This document shows, one piece after another, positions 55,387-64,000 of a stretch of DNA of 64,000 nt. The notes under the pieces are model-generated. The model saw only the letters and a program-made list of their open reading frames with translations. It was not told the DNA's origin and did not search any database. Location: positions 79,918,001 to 79,982,000 of the forward strand of contig OX597818.1 of NCBI GenBank assembly GCA_951406725.2, in the 5' to 3' direction. Position 1 is the first letter of the stretch. Every line of letters starts with the position of its first letter. The position numbers were made by a program, and so were the translations under genes. Source of the DNA: Octopus vulgaris. Its lineage: Eukaryota.

Positions 55387-56632
55387 TTTTGGGTCATCCA
55401 ATGAATAATGCGGTTTTTTATTCTTCTTTTATTTTTCAAAATTAAGATGAAATTCTTTTTTAATCTAAAATATGCTCTCCTTCATTTTATACAATGCTCT
55501 TCCATCTATCTGGTAGACTTACAAGGCCCCTCTTCCAAAATTTACTTGTTCGTGACGAAAAATACTCCTCCAGTACTGTTCTGACCTCGTCTACAGAATG
55601 CATATTTTTTCCGTCTAAATGATTTTAAAGACTACAGAATAAATGATAATCAGATGGGGCACTGTCTGACGAATATGGTGGGTGAGGCATCGTTTCCCAT
55701 TTAAGCTGTTCCAGCCTTTGGAATGTCATCTTCGCTGTATGTGGCCGAATATTAACCTGAGGGAAGAACACCTTCCGTCTTGAAACCAAAGATGGTCGTT
55801 TTTCTTCGAGCGCTGACTCAAGCCGCTCAGGCTGCTCGCATTAGAACTCCTTTGTTAACGTTTGGCTTCGGTTTAAAAGTTCAAAGTGGACTAAACATTT
55901 GATATCCCACCAAACAAATAAAAACACCTTACGTTTAGCCTGGGGTGCCGGTGCTTCTCCTTTCCCTACCCACTCTCTTCAGCGCTTGACATTTTTATAG
56001 AGAACCCATTTCTCGTCACCAATCACTATTCGGTCCAAAAAGAGTTCATTCGTGAGATGTGGCATCAAAGAAGAGCACACATTGACTCTCTACGCACGAT
56101 TAGACTTCGAAAGTTTGTGAGCTCAGCTTGAGGATTTTTTCCAATGGCACGCAGGCGTCGATGATTGGTTGAATGACCAAATCCAAGCTTTTCTGCTAGT
56201 TCCTCAACACTTACGATGAAATTTTGTTCCACAAAGGTTTGCAGGACGTCCTTATCGAATTCTACAGATCTTCCAGGATGTGGCTCATCTTCTAGACCGT
56301 AGTTTCTAGAACCACCGTTGACACTGGGTTATATTTATTGTCCGATCTCCATATACTGCATTAATATTCCTCGCACTTTCCGTTGCGTTGTTGCCTTTAT
56401 TGAACTCATGAAGCAAAATATGCCGAATATGCTCCTTTGTCACTTCTATTATAACTTTGAAAAAATAACTGTTAAAATCGAACTGCACTCTTCAAAACTT
56501 GCACTAAGGATAAGAGCAAGGTAAAATTACTACCTGCTTTTATATCAAATTGATGCAGGTAGTTTATCCCCTCTCTCTCCGACATTTAGTTCATGCAATT
56601 AAAAAATAAAAACGCATTATTTATGGGATCAT
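55387..56632 (-). mobile_element. mariner (DD34D) element, decayed
   Basis: TIRs GGGTCATCCAATGAATAATGCGGTTTTT / AAAAACGCATTATTTATGGGATCA; EVTKEHIRHILLHEFNKG.., IGDEKW, PPYSSDSAPSDYHLF on the minus strand. Confidence 0.88.
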
Positions 56633-58183
56633 ACATAAAATTTGTAAATACTTCTATTTGAAAGGATCTGTAGTTATTCTGAGGCGAATTTGGAATGTAA
56701 TTAAGCATCATAACCGTGGTGCAGCATGTTTAAAGAAGCTACGAAGTGAGTACAGTACAAACATCTCAGATATGTCTTCGCTGTCCAGAAACACGGAACT
56801 ATAATTAATTATGCGATCAATAAGATAGACAAGAACGTCTCCGAACCTACACGTTAAGACAGAACGCACTTATGTCGATTGCGCCATACCAGTGTCAAAG
56901 ATACCTCTCGCATCAGCAGTTGCCCAAACTCGTTGGCAAGCTTCCACCTTCTTTGAGACAACATAATTGCCCAAATCATTCTCATTGTTATCCGCGGGAG
57001 TTTTTATCGTTTTGACCATTGCACAGAGGTATCTAAAAGGAACAAAAGTTTATGCACTATTGAGAGATAATGAATGACTTGTCTGAAGTTGTGGATAAAG
57101 AGAACATCTATGGTGAAGTAATGTGGAAAGTAAACATTTTATACCTTGGCTATAGATTTTCATTTATAACTGTTGTCATAGAATCAGTGAGCTGTGTTGT
57201 AACAGACTGACACAAAGGTCCGGAAATGCTGAAGTTTTCAAAGAAAAGCAAAGCAAACCGACTCGCATCCTCCAAATACCATCGTTTAAGGGTTCAGTGA
57301 AAATTAGCATTTTAGTTTCTTGAAGTGAATACATACACATAATCATAAATAGAGATAATGGTGCAAATTTACAAATAAAACCCTTTAGGCTAGATTCCCA
57401 AAATACACATACATATTACACATGTAAATCGAAAGAAAACAAAAACTGAAAATATTCAGATATTTATACATTTATAGGACAAACTTACATAGAGTACAAA
57501 GACACAGAAAATTAAGGGGAGACAGTATGGTGCTACAGGTCCGACATCTGTTTCTAAGGACTCAGAATTACTTTACAATGCGGACAGATGCCGTTCGCTG
57601 AAATCAAGGGTGTATAATCTTATATATGTATATAGAATACATACACACTCATATACATAAAGTAATCACAGACACTCGTGCACTAGAGAGATATGTGCAC
57701 CTATTGCATGAGTACACGTATAAGCACTGTATGCCATACCATATATGCACGCATTAACTCTCTCTCTCTCCCAAACTTGCAGGTCACCAGAAATTCCTTG
57801 AGTGAAAAATAATCTATTCATTTTGTTAGTGACAGGCTTGAATTTTGTGAAGAAGTTAAATCTAAAAACGAAAAAATGTACCCGCGTCTGTACATAGACA
57901 CATTCATACATTCATACGTAGATCACATGCAGATGTTATTAAGTGTTTAAGTAACAATCGCGAAAAATTAGAGTTTACAGACAAAGGTATGAACCATCTA
58001 ACTTGCGTTTTGTAAATTTAACACACACACACATATGTATGTATGTACATGTATATATACATATATATTTCCATAACATTTGAATATCTACATAAATCCA
58101 CAAATGTCTCTCTCACGTACACACGATTTGTATGTGTGTATACACGCATACATACACACATGCACACACACATATGTATGTGC

Positions 58184-58224
<41 letters not shown>

Positions 58225-58498
58225 CATATATATATATAAATGTGTGTGTGTACGTATATGTATGTATATATATATATACGCACACACGCCCAAACAAAAG
58301 CACATCTTCAAAAACAATCAAATGAATTCCTTTTCTTTTTACTTCGTTTTCTCTGAAGAAAAAAATATGGGCGATGGAAAAGTATTGAGAATGAGAGTGT
58401 GTAAGAACTAGATTTAATTAAAGCACTAACATAACATGTGTGTGTGTATGTGTAGGTATGTATGTATACGCATATGTATATATCCATATATGCATACG

Positions 58499-58532
<34 letters not shown>

Positions 58533-58671
58533 TGTATGTATTTATATTTATATTTGTAAGGAAGTAAAACTAAGTCATACTGTACAAGACTTGAACAAGA
58601 GAGCAGATGTATAAACTTAGAAGAGGGATGGAAGGGGGAATAACTAGGATTAGAAAGAAGGAGACTATATA

Positions 58672-58713
<42 letters not shown>

Positions 58714-59413
58714 AAGACATGAAATTGCGTAGGATCTAGAAGATTAGTTTAGCAGGTGGCTCTTTGCAGAGGTCACTGTAGTGTAAAAAAAATGGTAAAG
58801 ACTAAGATTGTTAAAGTTACAGTAGGAGACTGGTGCTGAGGAAGTGTTTTTTTTTTTCGAATTTTATTTAATTTTACTGAGTTTTTTCTGAATTTTTTTT
58901 TTGTTTTGGAGGGGGTTTGTTTTGCTTTATGTTGTTTTTGTTTTTTGGGGTTTTTTTTTTCCTTTTTGTATTATTCTTTTGGTTACATTTTCAACTTATT
59001 CTTACTTTTCTCTCTAATTGTCAATCCTGTGGATATACATACAATTATTGCGGCACTGACTAATAGACATTTCTGGAATGCAGAGACCTGGTATGTAGAA
59101 TGGAACCTATTGGCGACATTCCTCGCTGTTTGCGAACTTTTTTCATTATTGTTTTTTATTCATTTATTTTGTCGCATTTTATTATTTTTTATATTTTATA
59201 TATATATTTTTTTCCTTTCATTTTGATTTTTCCGACATCTGAACACTACCGGCTCTCTTCAATGTTCTCTCAATACGTATGCAGACGCATGTATATGCAT
59301 ACACATATGTATCTATGTTTGTATATATATATATTGTGTATATATGAGTGTGTGTGTACTCACACATGCATAAATATATATATGTGTGCATATATATGTG
59401 CGCATATAAATAC

Positions 59414-59491
<78 letters not shown>

Positions 59492-60144
59492 CTAAGCTTT
59501 TGCTGAACCGGATAGATATGTGTCCAGTTTCGTTCACTGCTTAAAATCATTTAATTTCTTTTCATACTGGAATCTTGGAACCCGTTCCTTTTCCTTTATT
59601 ATTTTTCTCTCAATAAAGTACCCCCATCATTTATGTCACACCTATTTAAGAAATCATTGTTGAATAATACTCCCCATTCATGATAGATGGATACCACCCA
59701 GTTATATCGTTTCTAGTGAACTGACTCTCTCTTTATAGATGTCTTCGGTAAAGCCACGGACTTCACTCATTAAAAATCTGGACCTGTAATTGTACATACG
59801 AGATAGATACCGGTACGATTCCAGTAAAACGAATACGTAAATCTTTTTGAGGTATTGAAAGTGATATCTTTGTGTATAGTAGGTCAATAAACAGACATCA
59901 TTGGAGACAGATTGTTGTTGAGAGTGATTTGGCTGCTATTTTTTGTATTTCTAACGGATCAAGTGACGACGTAGAGAGATTGTCATTGAATAAGTCTGAA
60001 ACGACGGGAACTCTCACAACTAATTGGCCTTTAAAATAAAGTCTGCCGAAGGTGACGAACTGGCAGAAACATTAGCACGCCGTATATATCTATGCGCTTG
60101 CGCGTGTGTGATTTAAAGGATTCAGTTTATTACAAAAGTCCCAG

Positions 60145-60655
60145 TCATGGGATATGAATGTAGAACTAGGAAAAAGCTACAGTTCTTCCAGGGTTATCCA
60201 GACAATACTGAGGCTGGGTGTAGTTTTCTGGTATGAGAAGGCAAAAAAGATAAACTTGATAATCTTGCAGTCCGATGAGAAGGATATGACGATCAAACCT
60301 TTGACTAAAGAGCACCAACTACCAAAAGCGTTTGCAGGAATGCAAAAAGAAGGGATGGCAGGGATAGGTATTCCCAGTGGAAGTTGCCTGTAGTGCATCC
60401 CATGTTTTGTCGGTATAGGGAACGCTTACAGCTATTAGAATAAGAAAGGAGAGAGAGAGAGAGAGAGAGCTGTGCGAAAGATTGGAGAAGCAGTACAAAA
60501 GGTCCCTTGCTTGTTATGGAGTAAGAAAGAAGAGTTAAGCTGTAGATCAGGAGGCGATGATAAGCAGTGATTTGGTCACCACTGCTGATCCACCAACGGG
60601 AGGGTGTTACGGTTCAGAGTCGAAACACGATATAATTACTGGACACCGACTGATT
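60145..60655 (+). mobile_element. HERO-like RLE non-LTR retrotransposon 3' end
   Basis: Frame-broken IQTILRLGVVFW.EKAKKI, LQECKKKGW..VFPVEVAC, RAVRKIGEAVQK..LWSKKEELS, followed by a UTR. Confidence 0.65.
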
Positions 60656-61055
60656 ATATCAATACCTCCAGATCAAAGCTATATTCACCAAATATGAATG
60701 GAGAATCAACTTCAGTCACACCTGATCGTTTTTCTGTCAAAGTCTGAGTTTCAGAATTGATGATTTAGTATTTAATTTGGAAAAGTTACTTAGAAAAGTT
60801 TTATACGCTGATTTCCAAAACTCAATAAAATAAAGCTACATATGATTACTACTGGATATAAATGTTAAGAACTTCCTAATAAGTAAGAAGCGAAGAAAAT
60901 GAAATATATGAATTTGATGCACATTTTCTTTATTCCTTAATTTCAAATTCAAACATCTAATTCCGCCAAAAGGGATAATTATTGCCCTTGTATTAACCGT
61001 CCGCTAGATTAGTCGAGTTTATTTCAGATATTCTCATTTTAAAATACTACGTATT

Positions 61056-61440
61056 TTATTACCTCCGCCTTAACGATGGCGGAGGTATTGTTTCCAGTCG
61101 TGTTTGTTTGTTTGTTTGCTTTCCGTGGACAAGATATCTCAAGAACTGCCGGATGGATTCGGATGAAACTTTCAAGGATGTTTGGCCTCGCGACTAGCAC
61201 GAACTGATTAGATTTTGGGATCGATACGGTACCGGACAAGGATTCTGAATTATTTTTCCGTTTTTTTGTTGTTTTTTTTACTTAATTTTTGAGAGGAGTC
61301 GGGTTCATTATTATTATTCTCGTTTATGAGAGCAGTCGAGTTTATTTCAGATAATCTCATTTTAAAGATCATCTTCGGTTAATCTTTGAGAGGACGTTGG
61401 TGTTACCTTGGCGGATGTTTGCGCTCTCTGAGTACTCTTG
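61056..61440 (+). mobile_element. Helentron-associated non-autonomous element (HINE/DINE-1-like)
   Basis: 5' ACCTCCGCC..GGCGGAGGT hairpin, (GTTT)n, 3' CCTTGGCGGATGT, stem-loop GCGCTCTCTGAGTAC. Confidence 0.75.
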
Positions 61441-61449
61441 TATGTTATG

Positions 61450-61780
61450 TTTTCATTCTTTTACTCATACGTAATGGCAATGACATTATTTTGAATATAG
61501 TGGATAAGACCGTTGTTTTAATATGGCGCAAATCCAACACAAGCATGGAGAAGCAAGGGTTATAGGCCACAAATAATCTAACAAAGGTATGGAGAAGCAA
61601 AGGTATGGGCCGCAAAACGAATCTGCAGCTGTTCAAGACATTCATGCGACTAGAATTAATTCTACGGATGTGAGAAATGGAAAGTGACAAAAATGGGGGG
61701 AAATGGGCAGCTTCCAGTTCACATGCTTAAAGACATCGAGTGGCTGCAAAGGGTCCGAAATGACACAATTGTGTTCTATG
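61450..61780 (+). mobile_element. RTE-like LINE ORF2 fragment
   Basis: LTKVWRSKGMGRKTNLQLFKTF, YGCEKWKVTK, SFQFTCLK. Confidence 0.6.
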
Positions 61781-62022
61781 AAGAAGAGTTACTATGATTA
61801 TCACGATACATTATTAGTTTAGAATGTTTAAATGTTTTATAAGTTTTGTCTGCAAGTCAGTATTCTTGCAGGAAGCCTGTTCATTTTAAGTTTCTTTCGA
61901 AAATTTCTTAGGCTTTCGTTGCTTGAAGGTTACAGTGGCTTTTTATTCCTGTTATATTACTGAATATTTTATATTCTATTCCATTTGTTTATATTTCCTA
62001 TATACATACATATACATATATC

Positions 62023-62056
<34 letters not shown>

Positions 62057-62319
62057 TGTGTGTGTGTGTGTCTGTGTGTGTCTCTGTGTGTGTGTGTGTG
62101 TGTGTGTGTGCAGAAACTGAATTGTCATTACAACTATCAAAGACCAAAGTTACATGTGCTTGTATGTTGATCATAGCGTACTTTGAACACTTCGCTCTCT
62201 TTCTTTCTTTGTCTTCTCTCCCTCTCTTTCTCATTCTCTCTATATATATGTCTGTGTGTGTGTGTGTGTATGTGTGTGCGCGCGTGTATATATGTAAGTA
62301 TGTATGTATTTGATACATT

Positions 62320-63480
62320 TTATGGCTTAAATCTGCTTTGGGTGGAGTACCATTGAGGCTTCATTAAATAAGTTTTCATAGAAAAATCAAAGAATTATAG
62401 ATGTTTCTGCAATGTTATTTATAACAATTTTAGAATTATCAAATAGTTTTCTTTATATATATAGATAAGTGTTCTTTTTTGTTTGTGGTAAGATAAAATA
62501 ATAGATTGCTCAATGTTAGGGTGATGCCTAAGAAATTTGTGGTTGTAATGCTGTAATGCTGTGATTTTAAATTAATGATATTTAAAGAACGACTGTAAAC
62601 CCTTTTTGATTTGGTTCATCTTTTATAAGTTGAAATTGCTTAGAAGTAGCTTACTCTTGACTCGATAAGGATTTTCTATCATTTGGAACACATTTTTTAG
62701 CTTTCACAGTCGATACAAACCTACCAAATCATTATCCTTGGCTGAATCATCTAAACCCATATTAACCTCACATGAGATATGAGAATTTTTCATTCATATG
62801 AAATTATCGTTTTGTATCGTCGTTTATCGAGCAAGCATCAATTATTCTATTTTTTTCTCTTTTATATTAGTTATATTATAGATTAGTTATAGCTGCTATG
62901 AATAAAGGTTTAGTTATAAATCTATAGTACTCGTGAACACCAAACTGTAAGATCATTCCCAACTCCTTTCATGAGTTAGGTGATTCAAGTTATTCTTTTA
63001 CTTTATTAGTATTGTTTCAAAGTGTTACTGTCTATATTTTCTGTTAAGGTGTAAAATTATTTTTCTAATACTTTTTTTTTGCTGATTTGTTGGTTTCCGC
63101 CGTCTTTATTTATTTTATTTTATTTTTTTTGCAAATTTTAATTATGTTCTTTAAAAGAAAAGTACAGTAATTTAGATATCAGAAGTTCAGTTCGATATGT
63201 TATACAAAAGAAGATTTCTCAACACTTGGTTGTTTATCTTGTAGTTTGAATGATAATCTATTTTTTGCTATATGTGTCAGTGACTGAATTTGAAACGTGC
63301 GTTTGATACGACTCTGTAAATTATATATAGGTTTATATTTGGCCTGACTAGAAGTATAATTGATTAGAACTGTTCTTGATCCAATGTCTTCTGAAGAAAT
63401 TTTTTGGCCTTTCTAAATTTTATATTTTCAATTAAGAAGAGTTCGTTAATTGTTTTAGATGACTATGAAGTTGCTAGAAA
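62320..63480 (-). mobile_element. highly decayed Penelope-like reverse transcriptase region
   Basis: Minus strand EVNMGLDDSAKDNDLVGLY (cf. PLE DVTMGSxDxAxxxDLVGLY), TNFLGITL, LFNEAS. Confidence 0.55.
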
Positions 63481-63716
63481 ACATTGACATCATCTCAGTC
63501 CTCCCAGCCTTCATCATGTAGCACAGGATGTGAAGGGGAGAGGAGAAGGTTGCACCATTAAACTCATTTCTGCTGAGTATACGGGAACAACTTGAAAAGT
63601 TGTAACTCACTCAAATACACAACATATATTCTTGAAATAGATGAAGTTATAAATAACAGCGTGTAAATATTGAGTGTATACATACTCGAGGTCACACATA
63701 CGCACACACAGATGTG

Positions 63717-63762
<46 letters not shown>

Positions 63763-63767
<5 letters not shown>

Positions 63768-64000
63768 CGAGATGAAAATCCAAGGGTGTGAAAGATTTCA
63801 GAACATTTATAAATATAAAGTCTTACAGTTGTTTCCGGGATAATTTATATATCCTTTCATCGGAGATGGTGTGAGAAAATGGTTAAGCAATAGTTATTCT
63901 AGATAAGATGTGAAATAGAGAGTGAAGCGGAGGAATGAAAATAGACGTGAGATATGCAGGGATATTATATCTTCACTTCCATTACTTAGGCAGAATGGTA
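63763..64000 (-). mobile_element. Penelope pLTR-like fragment abutting (TA)n
   Basis: Contains an HHR-like motif; ends in a TA tract. Confidence 0.55.
63821..63866 (-). ncRNA. variant type I hammerhead motif (CCGATGA core)
   Basis: Minus strand TCT CCGATGA A AGGATA tataaat TATCCC G GAAAC AACT GTA AGA. Confidence 0.55.

Noticed and set aside
58990-59900. Possible exons (donor CTG|GTATGT at about 59090; ORF 59702-59887)
   Set aside because: No recognisable protein similarity or convincing paired splice sites

Overview
Eukaryotic, AT-rich, repeat-saturated non-coding DNA. The mix of (TA)n/(TG)n/(TACA)n/(GATA)n/(TTA)n microsatellites and tRNA-derived SINE families suggests a coleoid cephalopod (Octopus) genome; this is an inference. 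I could not support any intact host protein-coding gene, and nearly all listed ORFs are microsatellite translations. Identifiable content: five Tc1/mariner-superfamily copies (one Tc1 DD34E copy broken by a single TGA; one Hsmar1-like mariner), R4/Dong-type, HERO-type, RTE-type and CR1-like LINE remnants, decayed Penelope-like (PLE) remnants, two Helentron-associated (HINE/DINE-like) elements, hAT and piggyBac MITEs, and many SINEs. The most interesting signal is a set of type I hammerhead-ribozyme (HHR) motifs. Two of them lie in unrelated inserts (20834-21583, 45483-46150) with the same architecture: an inverted leader followed by a circularly permuted or tandem monomer of 483 or 355 bp. This fits retrozyme-like circular RNAs or PLE pLTRs. 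SINE and decayed-element boundaries are approximate and were read by eye.
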